Source: an uncultured Gemmatimonadales bacterium
GTDB lineage: Bacteria; Gemmatimonadota; Gemmatimonadetes; Gemmatimonadales; GWC2-71-9
DNA length: 64,000 nucleotides
Assembly: GCA_963748815.1 (NCBI GenBank)
Contig: CAVVKJ010000010.1
Location: 1,088,001-1,152,000 of the forward strand
Direction: 5' to 3'
Part shown: positions 1 to 9,851 of the stretch, piece after piece
Layout of the letters: every line of letters starts with the position of its first letter
Numbering within the stretch: position 1 is the first letter of the stretch
Notes under the pieces: model-generated
What the model saw: the letters and a program-made list of their open reading frames with translations, nothing else
Databases searched by the model: none
What the model was told of the DNA's origin: nothing
Position numbers and translations under genes: made by a program

Positions 1-422
1 CCGACTCGGGCCTCTACCACGAGTACCAGACCAAGAAGACCGGACTCTCGTCCGAGTACCCCATCGACGACGCCGGCTTCCTCTACTTTGTGCGGGTCAC
101 CCCGCTCGAGGTCGGCAAGACCTACGAATTCGACCGGTACTTCCGGAAGGAACTCAATCCGGTGGTGCTGAAGGTGCACAAGCGGGAGGAGATGGAGCTC
201 CCCGACGGGTCGAAGGTGCAGTGCCTCGTGGTGCAGCCGATCGTCGGCGAGAAGCGGAGCCTCTTCGGACGACAGTCCGACACACGGGTCTGGCTCACCG
301 ACGACGAACGGCGGATCCCGGTGCAGATTCGCATCCGGTTCCCCTTCGGGACCATCACGATGCGACTCAAGGAGATGCAGCTCCCCCCGGCCCCGACGAG
401 CAAGGCCGACGCACCGGCATGA
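1..422 (+). CDS. DUF3108-like protein, C-terminal part (5' end outside window)
   Basis: Open frame from window edge; C-terminal WLTDDERRIPVQIR..FGTITMRL resembles DUF3108 proteins. Confidence 0.6.
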   Translation, partial: DSGLYHEYQTKKTGLSSEYPIDDAGFLYFVRVTPLEVGKTYEFDRYFRKELNPVVLKVHKREEMELPDGSKVQCLVVQPIVGEKRSLFGRQSDTRVWLTDDERRIPVQIRIRFPFGTITMRLKEMQLPPAPTSKADAPA

Positions 423-1372
423 CCTATCGCGAGCCGGACCTCTCGAAGATTCGCACCGTGCCGGTGGCGAACCGCGCCAACAAGGTGGAGCCGGCGTCGC
501 TGGCGCACCCGCCGTCGGGCGAGCGCTCGTTCCGCGCGTTCCTCGACAGCCTCCCCGACGTGCTCGCCGTGCGGGATCTCCGCACGGCGGCTGATGCGGT
601 GGTCAGCGCCACACGGGCCAGGAAGGGCGTCGTCCTCCTCCTCGGCGGCCACGTGATCAAGGTCGGCCTTGGTCCGCTCGTGGGCGACTGGATCCGGCGC
701 GGCGTCGTCACCCACGTGGCGATGAACGGCGCCGCCGCCATCCACGACTTCGAACTCGCCGCCTATGGCGGGACGAGTGAGGATGTCGCCGCCGGACTCG
801 GCGACGGCACATTCGGGATGGCGGAGGAGACCGGCCGCGACATGAACGCCGCCATTGCCGCCGCCGCATCCGCCGGGCTCGGGATGGGCGAGGGCCTTGC
901 CGACCACCTCGCCACGCTGCCGTCGCGCCCGGGCGAGGAGGTGTCCGTCCTCCTCGCCTGCCGCCGCCACGGCGTGCCGGTCACCGTCCACACCGCCGTC
1001 GGCGCCGAGATCATCCACCAGCACCCCGCGGCGGATGGTGCGGCCATGGGCGCCACCAGCCACCGCGACTTCCTGCGGCTGGCCGGGTCGCTGCCGTCCA
1101 TCGACCAGGGCGGCGTGGTGATGAACTGGGGGAGCGCGGTCATTATGCCTGAAGTGTTCCTGAAGGCGCTGACCATCGCGCGGAACCTCGGGAACGGGAA
1201 ACCGACGCACTTCCTGGCGGCCGACTTCGACATGCAGCGCCACTACCGCCCGCGCGTGAACGTGGTCCAGCGGCCGACGCTGGCCGGCGGAACGGGCATT
1301 CAAATCACGGGACATCACGAACTGATGTTTCCGCTCTTGTATTGGGCGGTGCTGGAACAGCTCGGGGCGTGA
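419..1372 (+). CDS. Deoxyhypusine-synthase-like (DHS-fold) hypothetical protein
   Basis: ATG overlaps upstream stop; GGHVIKVG, MNGAAAIHDFE, FGMAEETG, GSAVIMPEVFLKA, TGHHE motifs. Confidence 0.6.
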   Translation: MTYREPDLSKIRTVPVANRANKVEPASLAHPPSGERSFRAFLDSLPDVLAVRDLRTAADAVVSATRARKGVVLLLGGHVIKVGLGPLVGDWIRRGVVTHVAMNGAAAIHDFELAAYGGTSEDVAAGLGDGTFGMAEETGRDMNAAIAAAASAGLGMGEGLADHLATLPSRPGEEVSVLLACRRHGVPVTVHTAVGAEIIHQHPAADGAAMGATSHRDFLRLAGSLPSIDQGGVVMNWGSAVIMPEVFLKALTIARNLGNGKPTHFLAADFDMQRHYRPRVNVVQRPTLAGGTGIQITGHHELMFPLLYWAVLEQLGA

Positions 1373-1448
1373 TTGGGGCGGGTGCCAAACGCAGAACGCG
1401 CCCGGGAGCACCGGGCGCGTCAGGACCTGAGGGAGTGTGGACTCGAGA

Positions 1449-1664
1449 TCAGGCGGCGGGCTTGCCTGAAATCGTCTCCTTGACCTTGTCTGCCGTGCTG
1501 GGGCTGAACACCCGCAGGACGAGATAGATGATGAAGCCCCAGAAGGCGAAGTAGATGATGGTGCCGACGAGACTCAGGACGACGCCGAACACCGAACCGA
1601 GCAGCTTCAGGACGATCATGGCGATGACGGCAAACGCTGCGAAGCCTGTGATTGAGCGGATCAT
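1449..1664 (-). CDS. Small membrane protein (2 TM)
   Basis: 71 aa, two hydrophobic helices, basic tail. Confidence 0.7.
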   Translation of the reverse strand: MIRSITGFAAFAVIAMIVLKLLGSVFGVVLSLVGTIIYFAFWGFIIYLVLRVFSPSTADKVKETISGKPAA

Positions 1665-1738
1665 TTGGACACCCCTTCAGGTTGACGGTCGTGGCACCAG
1701 TACGCCCGGATGTTTCAAAAAGTTTCGTGGAGCTGTAA

Positions 1739-2848
1739 GTGACTACTGTGTTTGATGTTATAGTCGTGGGAGGGGGCGCTGTCGGCGCCGCGTGCGCCAG
1801 GGAACTGGCTCGGGCGGGCCGGAGCGTGGCCTTCATGGACCCCGACGGAGACGAGGGTCAGGCCTGGCGCGCCGCCGCGGGAATGCTGGCGCCGGAGATC
1901 GAGACACGCGACAGCGATGACCCGACGGTGGCGCTGGGGGTGGCCGGCCGCGACCGCCTGGCCGTGCTGGCGGAGCGCCTGAAGGAATCGGTCGGAGTCG
2001 ACATCGGCCTCTGGCAGGAGGGGATCGCCCACGCCGCGTTCGACGAGGCCGAGGAGGCCAGGCTGCGGGCACAGGCGGCTCATCAGCGCCAGCAGTCGCT
2101 GCACGTGGACTGGCTCGATGCCGACGAGGCGAAGGCCCGCTGGCCCTGGCTCGGCCCGGCGCGCGGCGCCCTCTGGGCCCCGGCCGGCGGCGGGGTCGAT
2201 CCCCAGCGCCTGGTCGAGGCACTCCGCGCCGATGCGGTGCGGCTCGGCGCCACCCTGATCGCTGACCGCGCGGTGGCCATCGAGCGCCACGGCGACAAGA
2301 TCGCCGCGGTGCGCGGCACCGAACGCCACGCCGCCACCGACGTGGTCATCGCCGCCGGCGCCTGGTCGGGGCTGATCGAGGGACTCCCGCGCCCGCTCGC
2401 CGTGGCGCCGGTCCGCGGAGCGATGGCGGCGCTGCCCGCCCCGGACGGTGTCGGACGGTCGATCGTGTACGGGATGGGCGCCTACCTGATGGGGCGGGGC
2501 GACGAGGTCACGGTGGGCTCGACGATGGAATACGCGGGGTTCAAGAACGAGGTCACCGCAGCGGGCCTCGCCCGGATTTTCGCCGGCGCCAGCCAGCTCT
2601 GTCCGGCGCTGGCGCGTTCTCCGGTCATCCGGACCTGGTCCGGCCTCCGGCCGGTCTCCGCCGATGGGCTGCCCCTGCTCGGCCGGGACCCGTCGCTCCA
2701 GGGGCTCTGGTACGCGACCGGGCACGGCCGGAACGGGATTCTCCTCTCGGGAATTACCGGCGTGCTCATTCGCCAGTTGATCGTGGGAGAGCCTACCGTG
2801 ATCGAGGACCTCAGCGCGTTCGATCCCGGCAGGTTCTGGCAGTGGTGA
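1739..2848 (+). CDS. thiO: FAD-dependent oxidoreductase, glycine oxidase (ThiO/DAO) family
   Basis: GGGAVG dinucleotide motif, AAAGMLAP, GLRP, ATGHGRNGILL. Confidence 0.75.
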   Translation: MTTVFDVIVVGGGAVGAACARELARAGRSVAFMDPDGDEGQAWRAAAGMLAPEIETRDSDDPTVALGVAGRDRLAVLAERLKESVGVDIGLWQEGIAHAAFDEAEEARLRAQAAHQRQQSLHVDWLDADEAKARWPWLGPARGALWAPAGGGVDPQRLVEALRADAVRLGATLIADRAVAIERHGDKIAAVRGTERHAATDVVIAAGAWSGLIEGLPRPLAVAPVRGAMAALPAPDGVGRSIVYGMGAYLMGRGDEVTVGSTMEYAGFKNEVTAAGLARIFAGASQLCPALARSPVIRTWSGLRPVSADGLPLLGRDPSLQGLWYATGHGRNGILLSGITGVLIRQLIVGEPTVIEDLSAFDPGRFWQW

Positions 2849-3666
2849 GGCCGACCGCCTCCGCCCTGCTCTTCCTGACCCTGGTGTCGGGCACCGTCGA
2901 GGCGCAGGGCTCGTCGCTCACCGTGGAGCGCCAGGCCTACGCGGAGTGGCTGACGACCGCGGTCACCTCGCCGCTCGCCGCGGTCGCCATGCAACGCCTG
3001 AGCGGCGTCGTCACCCTCGGTCCCGACACGGCGGACATTCCGCTTGTCGGTTTCGGCCCCGCCTCGGTGGCCGAGCGGAAGGGGACGGTCACCCTGACGG
3101 GCGCGGATGGGAAGAGCCGGGTGCTTCCCCGCGGGCGGCCGGTCGCGTTGGCTCCCTGGACCCTGCAGGTGCTCGGCGGCGGCAGCGGTCCGGTGCTGAT
3201 GGTCTACGGCAAGCCGGAGGGCGAAGTGCCCGGCTGGTACGGGATCGATCCAGCTCTCGTGTACACGGCGCCGCTGGAGGTGCCCGCGTCCCGGGAGCGG
3301 CGCCGGGTGCTGACGCTCGATGGAATCGACGTGGAGGCCGAGACCGCCGGCCACCTGTCCGTGCCCATCGGGGGCGTCACCGCGCGACTCCTCGTCCTGC
3401 GGATGCCGGTCCCCGGGACGGAAGAGACGGAGCTGCAGGTGTATTTCCGCGACGCGACCAACGACCGCGGCACCTATCCCGCCGGGCGATTCGTGGAGGT
3501 GACGCGCACCGCCGCCGGGACCTACAAGATCGACTTCAACCGGGCGCGAAACCCGTTCTGCGCCTACAGCTCGGTCTATCCCTGCCCGGTTCCCTGGTCG
3601 GGCAACAGCCTCTCCGTCCCGGTCGCGGCGGGCGAGAAATACCTGCCCTCCAAGCCCGGGAGCTGA
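2842..3666 (+). CDS. DUF1684 domain secreted protein
   Basis: FRDATN..TYPAGRF, DFNRARNPFCAYS.VYPCPVP..N.L.V.V.AGEK signature. Confidence 0.85.
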   Translation: MVRPTASALLFLTLVSGTVEAQGSSLTVERQAYAEWLTTAVTSPLAAVAMQRLSGVVTLGPDTADIPLVGFGPASVAERKGTVTLTGADGKSRVLPRGRPVALAPWTLQVLGGGSGPVLMVYGKPEGEVPGWYGIDPALVYTAPLEVPASRERRRVLTLDGIDVEAETAGHLSVPIGGVTARLLVLRMPVPGTEETELQVYFRDATNDRGTYPAGRFVEVTRTAAGTYKIDFNRARNPFCAYSSVYPCPVPWSGNSLSVPVAAGEKYLPSKPGS

Positions 3667-3679
3667 CCTGACTTCTCTC

Positions 3680-4849
3680 ATGGCGCTGTTGCTCGCCGCC
3701 CTCCTGCCCGTTGCGCCCCCGCTCACTGGCCCCTGGCGGGCGGCGCTGGACCTCGCCGGTGGTACGCTGCGCTTTTCCATCCAGGTGGACGGCGGCACCC
3801 CAACCACTGCGCGGCTTTGCAACGGCTCGTATTGTGAACCGTTCTCCGCGGTACAGACATCCGGCGACACCGTGCTCTTCGAAATCGGCGACTACGCCGC
3901 CTCCATCCGGGCCGTCTGGCAAGGCGACTCGCTGGTGGGGGCCTACTCGAACGTCGGCAACCGGGGGCCGAGGACCATTCCCTTTCGGGCTGCCCGGGGC
4001 ACCTGGCCTGCAAGGCCCGCCCCGGCCGAACTGATCGGCACCTGGGACGCCTGGTTTGGGTCGGAAGGTCGGCTGTCCCCCCGCGTGCTCGAGCTGGGCA
4101 ATGGCCCGCTCGGCCTCCAGGCGACGGTGCTCTCCAACTCCGGCGACTACGGGGCGTTCTGGGGCGGGGCCGCCGGGCGTGACTTCTCGGTCGGCCATTT
4201 CGACGGTTCGTTCATCTACATGCTCACGGGAGCGGTGGTGGGGGACACCATCGTCGGAGTCTTCCATGCGGGGCTCCGGAGCCAGACGCCTTTTACCGCC
4301 ACCAGGAGTTCGGGGGCTCCGCACCTGAAGCCGCCCACGGAGGTCACCACCGCCGATACCACCGCTCCTTTCGAGTTTGCGTTCCCGAACCTCGATGGGA
4401 CCATCGTGACCAACGAGGACCCGCGGTTCCAGGGCAAGATCGTGATGGTCGACATCTTCGGGACCTGGTGCCCCAACTGCCAGGACGCCGCCCCGACGCT
4501 GGTCGAGCTCTACAACGCCTACCACGCCCGGGGGTTCGAGGTGGTGAGCCTGGCCTACGAGGTGACCGGCGACCCGGAGGTGGACGGGGTCCTGGTCCGG
4601 CGGTTTCGCGACAAGTTCGGCATCCCCTGGCCGATCCTCCTGGCAGGAGTCAACGAGAGCGAACTCACAGCGGCTACCCTGCCCCAGCTGGAGGGCTTTA
4701 CAGCCTACCCAACCCTTCTCTTTCTGGACCGGACCGGCCGGGTGCGGAAGATCCACGCCGGGTTCTACGGACCGGCCACCGGCGCCCAGTACACGAAACT
4801 CAAGGCCGACCTCCACTCGTACGTCGAGGAGCTGCTGGCCGGGAACTAG
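3680..4849 (+). CDS. TlpA/ResA-like thioredoxin family disulfide reductase
   Basis: FGTWCPNC (CxxC), AYPTLLFLDRTG. Confidence 0.85.
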   Translation: MALLLAALLPVAPPLTGPWRAALDLAGGTLRFSIQVDGGTPTTARLCNGSYCEPFSAVQTSGDTVLFEIGDYAASIRAVWQGDSLVGAYSNVGNRGPRTIPFRAARGTWPARPAPAELIGTWDAWFGSEGRLSPRVLELGNGPLGLQATVLSNSGDYGAFWGGAAGRDFSVGHFDGSFIYMLTGAVVGDTIVGVFHAGLRSQTPFTATRSSGAPHLKPPTEVTTADTTAPFEFAFPNLDGTIVTNEDPRFQGKIVMVDIFGTWCPNCQDAAPTLVELYNAYHARGFEVVSLAYEVTGDPEVDGVLVRRFRDKFGIPWPILLAGVNESELTAATLPQLEGFTAYPTLLFLDRTGRVRKIHAGFYGPATGAQYTKLKADLHSYVEELLAGN

Positions 4850-5037
4850 AGACGGCCCATTTTCAGACCGGACATCCTACTTGAGGTCTCGGTGTCTAAA
4901 TCCCTACCACCACTACCGGTTATCCACATGCAGACCCTTGCGCTTTTGGGGGGAATTGCCCATCGTGGTACCGCTCGAATTGACCTCGGGGCGTTTGTCG
5001 TCCCCCAAAACTGAGATTCCCGGAGAGGGCGGTACGT

Positions 5038-5622
5038 ATGACCAGCAGGATTCGTGGGGTCGTCTTTGCGATCGGTTTCGGGCTCTTCCTTGCCAGTTCC
5101 GCCTCGGCCCAGCTGGCCGTCGGGCTCACCGGTGGCGTCAATTCGGCCACCCTGTCGGGAAGCGACGCCGACGCAATCGATGTCAGTTCCAAGACCGGCG
5201 GGGCCGGCGGGCTCTACGCCAACATCTACCTCGGGAGCCGGTTTTCGGCCGAGGGACAGCTCCTCTTCCAGGGGCAGGGATTTACGGGGACTGACTCGAC
5301 CACGGGCGACATCGACGTGGCGCAGGGCTACATCGTGTTCCCCATGCTGCTCAAGGTCTATTTTGGCCACCTGAATGTCTTCCTCGGGCCGGCCATCAGC
5401 TGGGAAGTCAGCTGCACGGCGAGCTCCACGGGCGCGTCCGGCGAATGTGATGCTTCGAAATCCAGCCTCTGGAGCGGCATTGCCGGTCTGGGCGTCCAGT
5501 TCGGACGGCTCGGCGTGGAGGCGCATTACCAGTCCGGCTTCAGTGACACCTTCGACAACGTCAATGCATCCTACGGCGTCTGGTCCCTGATGGGCCGATT
5601 CGCCATTTTGGGAAGTCGCTAG
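5038..5622 (+). CDS. Outer membrane beta-barrel protein (porin/PorT-like), copy 1
   Basis: Signal peptide ASAQ, GLTGGVNS, alternating beta-strand pattern. Confidence 0.7.
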   Translation: MTSRIRGVVFAIGFGLFLASSASAQLAVGLTGGVNSATLSGSDADAIDVSSKTGGAGGLYANIYLGSRFSAEGQLLFQGQGFTGTDSTTGDIDVAQGYIVFPMLLKVYFGHLNVFLGPAISWEVSCTASSTGASGECDASKSSLWSGIAGLGVQFGRLGVEAHYQSGFSDTFDNVNASYGVWSLMGRFAILGSR

Positions 5623-5751
5623 CCGGCCCTGGTGGCCAAGGCCTGTTCATTCCTCCTTCACGGGAGGTTCATGATTCGACACGCATTCTACGCGGTTGGC
5701 AGCGCTGGACCATTGTCGTTGGACCGAACCTCACCAGCCAAGGAGACAGCA

Positions 5752-6425
5752 ATGCGCAAGTTATTCCGGGTGACGGGTGTCACGGCATTGGCGCTTGGCG
5801 CGCTGAGCCTCGGTGCCGAGGCGCAAGAGAAGCAGGTTGGCCTGGTGCTAGGAGCCAACTTCGCGACCCTCAATGTTGGCTCTGGCGTGGACTTCTCCAC
5901 GGGCCTCGGAACTCGGACCGGATTCGTTGGCGGGATATTTGTCTCCATCCCGGTGGGGGACGGCGGAGTCTCGATCGAGCCTGAGGTGCTTTACATCTAT
6001 GCAGGGCGCCACATACGACAATGCAGCTTACGACGGCACGCTACGCCGTTGACTACATCAAGGTCCCCATTCTCGTCAAATGGTCCGCGAATCCCGGTGG
6101 CAAGGGGATTTACATCCTGCTGGGACCGACCGTCGGCTTCAATGTGAGCTGCAACGACTCGGGCGACAGCAAAGGCGACGAGTGCCAGCTCGTACGACGG
6201 CACATGCGAAGAGGAGTCCTACTTCAAGGCGAAGACTACCTTCAGTGGGGACCTCGGGCTCGGCTACACCTTTGGCCGATTTGGGCTCGAGGGGCGATAC
6301 ACCTTCGACTGGGGCGATGCCTTCGAGAAGACTTCCGGCGATCCTAACACCGGGGCCGTTCGGCTGGCACGAGTCTGGATGTGAAGAACAGTGTATTCCA
6401 ACTGCTGGTCCGGGTGACGAAGTAG
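5752..6425 (+). CDS. Outer membrane beta-barrel protein, copy 2 (frameshifted)
   Basis: AAGGAG RBS + MRKLFRV; EPEVLY, DYIKVPILVK, GPTVGFNVSC and KNSVFQLLVRV lie in different frames. Confidence 0.6.
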
Positions 6426-6511
6426 CTCGTCCACCCTGTGGTTGCGCGATGGTCAGGGCTGGATCGCCTCCCAGGGGCCACTCCTACGGGGCATGAGTAT
6501 GCCCTAGGGTA

Positions 6512-6526
6512 TGGCGCGGACTTTGC
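6512..6526 (+). promoter_or_regulatory. Putative sigma-54 -24/-12 promoter
   Basis: TGGCGC-N5-TTGC about 80 nt upstream of ATG 6604. Confidence 0.5.
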
Positions 6527-6603
6527 CGGGAAAGCGCTGGCTTGGTCACTTCGGTGACGGTCGTTCCCTCAGTTCCTTACCACTCGTCAATTCGGAGATT
6601 GCA

Positions 6604-7234
6604 ATGCGCAAGTTTATCCGGAATTCGGCCTTGGTGGCCATCGCCCTCAGCGCCACCGCGCTCACTGCGCAGGCGCAGGAGAAAGCAACGGAACTCACAG
6701 TTGGGGTGCTCGGATTCTCGTCCACATCCTGAGCGGCTGCGATACCCTGACTCGTTTAAGACAGGAGGCTCCGACAATTACATCGCTTCGGGGCCACTGG
6801 TGGCGCCTATTTCGCCGCGGGTTTTTACCTTTCTCCAGGCATGGCGATCGAGCCAACTCTGTCGTTTGCCTACCTCGGTGCGAGCTTTGACGATCCGCTT
6901 CAGGATCTTAACGTCACACACGTTCAGCTTCACCCTCGGAGTTGCTCTACCGTACTACTTCAGCAAGGGGTGGGGTCGAAAGGGAGCATACCTCGCGCCA
7001 CGGGTGTCTTGGACGTCTACTTCGACCAAGCCGTGCGACAGATGACCCGATCTCGACTCATATTCCGCCAGCCAGTCGGGCTCGGAATCGGATTGGGCAC
7101 CAAGGTTCCCCTTGTTACGGACATCGTCGCCCTCAGAATCCAAGGGTCGTTTGATTACGGATTCGAAAACGACGACCTGGCCAGCTCGACTTCGCTTCGG
7201 GGCCTCCCTCGGCCTGTCGGTGTTCCTCCCGTAG
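6604..7234 (+). CDS. Outer membrane beta-barrel protein, copy 3 (divergent, frameshifted)
   Basis: GGAG RBS, MRKFIRNSAL..AQAQ signal; beta-strand fragments IEPTLSFAY, GVALPYYF, ALRIQGSFDYGF in shifting frames. Confidence 0.5.
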
Positions 7235-7257
7235 CGCGCCCCGGGCGTTAGCATGAG

Positions 7258-7293
7258 ACGGGTCCCCGGGAAGTATTCCCGAGGACCCGTTTT
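7258..7293 (+). terminator. Intrinsic terminator
   Basis: ACGGGTCCCCGGGAA..TTCCCGAGGACCCGT hairpin followed by T run. Confidence 0.6.
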
Positions 7294-7343
7294 GCATCCC
7301 GTGGCTCGCACCGACGTGGTTGAGCACGACTTTGCCGGGTACT

Positions 7344-7359
7344 TGGCTTGGCCTTTGCA
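7344..7359 (+). promoter_or_regulatory. Putative sigma-54 promoter
   Basis: TGGCTT-N5-TTGCA about 50 nt upstream of ATG 7409. Confidence 0.4.
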
Positions 7360-7408
7360 GCACAAGCTCGCTCCTTGCTGACATCCAACGGAGTACTGGA
7401 GGAGTTCG

Positions 7409-8080
7409 ATGCGCAAATTGATTCGGGCCGTTGCCCTCGTGACGATGGCCGCCACCACCCTGTCGCTCCCTGCGGAGGCCCAAAGCAAGAACTTCATCGG
7501 CATCATCGCCGGCGTAGACTTCTCCTCCTTCACTGGTTCGCTTTCCTCCGCATTCTACATTGTGGACGAGAGCGGAAGTGAAGCAGATTTCTATGACCAA
7601 CAGAGCACGACCGGATTCATCGGCGGAATCTTCGTGGACCTGCCGATTGGGCAATCCCTGATCCTCGAGCCTTCCTTGCTTTTTGCCCAGAAGGGTGCCG
7701 ATTACAATGTGGATATCTATGACAGTTTCGGCGACTTTGTGGGCAGCGGCAGACTGACCGGGAACCTGGATTACCTCAGCGTCCCCCTCCTCCTGCGGTA
7801 CAATTTCCAGGCGGATGGCGGCGTCTACGGCCTGATCGGCCCGGAAGTCTCGTTCAACCTCTCCTGTACCCTCAAGGGAGCGGGCGGGAGTATCGATTGC
7901 TCGGACGACCTCGGCCTGGAGCCGACCACGACCTTCGGAGGGGTAGCCGGGCTGGGATACCAGAAGGGCCCCGTCGGGATTGAAGGCCGATATGATTTCG
8001 ACTTTGGCAACGCATTCAGCAATGTCGACGGCCTGAAGAACAGCGCGTGGGAGTTGATGCTAAGGTACCAATTCAGGTAA
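7409..8080 (+). CDS. Outer membrane beta-barrel protein, copy 4
   Basis: GGAGGAG RBS; signal peptide; EPSLLFAQKG, LDYLSVPLLLRY, GIEGRYD. Confidence 0.85.
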   Translation: MRKLIRAVALVTMAATTLSLPAEAQSKNFIGIIAGVDFSSFTGSLSSAFYIVDESGSEADFYDQQSTTGFIGGIFVDLPIGQSLILEPSLLFAQKGADYNVDIYDSFGDFVGSGRLTGNLDYLSVPLLLRYNFQADGGVYGLIGPEVSFNLSCTLKGAGGSIDCSDDLGLEPTTTFGGVAGLGYQKGPVGIEGRYDFDFGNAFSNVDGLKNSAWELMLRYQFR

Positions 8081-8250
8081 TCTCGGCGTATCCCGCCTCC
8101 CCCGCTGACGGCCCCCCGGGAATACCCGGGGGGTCGTTCTGCATCTTGCGGCGGTTGGTCAGAGCCCAGTGTCTGGCGAAACCGGCCAGCCGACGATATC
8201 GTGGTACCAATTTCCATCCCACCACCCGCCGCGACACCCTGGAGGATTCC

Positions 8251-8856
8251 CTGCACACTCCCGCCGCCCGACTCTGTGTCCTTGCCGGCCTCATCGTCGC
8301 AGTGTCCGCTACCGCCTCTGCCCAGGGGACCCGTCGGATCGGCGTGCTGGCCGGAGTCGACTACTCCACGCTGACCGGCGACGCATCGTCTGGCAGCAAG
8401 ACCCGCATCGGCTTCATGGGGGGCCTGTTCGGTGCGTTGCCACTCGGGGAACGGATCGAGCTGGAGGTCGAAGCGCTGTATGCCATGAAGGGGACAGATT
8501 GGCAGGACGTCCAGGAATCGGGCACGATTGCCCTGGACTACTTCGAGGTGCCGATCCTCCTCCGCTACAGCCCGGAGGTTGCGGAGGGTTTCTACGGGCT
8601 GGGCGGCCCCACCTTCAGCTTCAACGTGTCGTGCCACGAGTCGGTCCCCTCCGATCCGTCCGCTCCCTGTGCCGACGGCACCTTGCGCCCGCAGACCACG
8701 ATCGGCGGCGTGCTCGGCGCGGGCTTCAAGAAGTCGTTCATCGGGGCGGAAGCGCGCATCGACTTCGACCTCAGCGATCCCCTCCAGAACGAGAACGGCG
8801 TCGGCATCGCGGTCAGGAACCGCGTCGTGGCGCTGCTGCTTCGGGTAGGCACGTAG
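8251..8856 (+). CDS. Outer membrane beta-barrel protein, copy 5 (probable CTG start)
   Basis: GGAGG at 8241 then CTG; signal ASAQ; EALYAMKG, LDYFEVPILLRY. Confidence 0.75.
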   Translation: MHTPAARLCVLAGLIVAVSATASAQGTRRIGVLAGVDYSTLTGDASSGSKTRIGFMGGLFGALPLGERIELEVEALYAMKGTDWQDVQESGTIALDYFEVPILLRYSPEVAEGFYGLGGPTFSFNVSCHESVPSDPSAPCADGTLRPQTTIGGVLGAGFKKSFIGAEARIDFDLSDPLQNENGVGIAVRNRVVALLLRVGT

Positions 8857-9074
8857 GGCGGGAGTCGTCCAATTCAGGCCGCCGAGAAGGCCGAGGAATC
8901 GAACTCCCCAATTCGGTCCGCCATCGCAGATCTGGGCATCCCCCGCCCGAATCCCGCCCGGACTGGTCGAGAATCCCGCCCCCCTTCCCCATCGCCGAGT
9001 CTGGCCGTACTATCCATCCGTTCCGGCGGCTCAGCTGACGGTTTCGACGGCACTTCCTCAACCCTGAGGCACCC

Positions 9075-9674
9075 ATGCGCACTTGGTTTCGTCGGTGTTC
9101 CACTCTCGCCGGTCTGGCTCTCGCCGCCGTCGCCCTCCACGCCTCTCCGGCGTCGGCCCAGCAGCAGGCGTCGGTTGGCTTCCTCGGCGGCGCCTCGTTC
9201 TCCACGCTGATGAGCACCGACTCCGACGTGTCGCCCAAGTCGTCGACGGGGTTTGCCGGCGGGTTCTTCGTGTCGATCCCGGTGGCCAAGTCGCTGATGG
9301 TCGAGCCGGAAATCCTCTACGTCAACAAGGGTTCCGGCTTCGAGGACGAAGAGTTCACCCTCAATCTCAACTACATCGAGATCCCGGTCCTGCTCCGCTA
9401 TGAATTCACCCAGGACGGCGGTCCGTTCGCCTATGTCGGCCCGTACGTCGGGTTCAACGTGAAGTGCAACGCCTCGGTCGATACGCTCGGGACCCCCTGC
9501 GCCGACGAGAACGTCGAACCGTCGACCGACTTCGGCGGCACGATCGGCATCGGATACCGCAAGGCGGCCTGGGGCTTCGACATCCGCTACGACTACGGAT
9601 TCACCGACGTCATCAAGGACGAGAAGGGGAAGAACTCCGCCCTCATGATCCTGCTTCGCGTGGCCGTCAACTAG
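9075..9674 (+). CDS. Outer membrane beta-barrel protein, copy 6
   Basis: Signal ASAQ; EPEILYVNKG, LNYIEIPVLLRY, DIRYDYG. Confidence 0.85.
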   Translation: MRTWFRRCSTLAGLALAAVALHASPASAQQQASVGFLGGASFSTLMSTDSDVSPKSSTGFAGGFFVSIPVAKSLMVEPEILYVNKGSGFEDEEFTLNLNYIEIPVLLRYEFTQDGGPFAYVGPYVGFNVKCNASVDTLGTPCADENVEPSTDFGGTIGIGYRKAAWGFDIRYDYGFTDVIKDEKGKNSALMILLRVAVN

Positions 9675-9690
9675 CCCCGACATCATCGCC

Positions 9691-9731
9691 AGCGGCCCTC
9701 CGGAGCACTCCCGGGGGGCCGCTCGCTTTTT
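9691..9731 (+). terminator. Intrinsic terminator
   Basis: AGCGGCCCTCCGG..CCGGGGGGCCGCT hairpin plus T-tract. Confidence 0.65.
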
Positions 9732-9851
9732 GACCCATTCCCCGTATCCCAAAGCGGTGGAACGTCTTCCGGAGCCTCCTCCGGGCGACTAGTTTCCTAC
9801 CCTGACTTGGCCGGGGGGATGCCCGGCCTTCGCCGCCTCAAGGAGCCGTCG

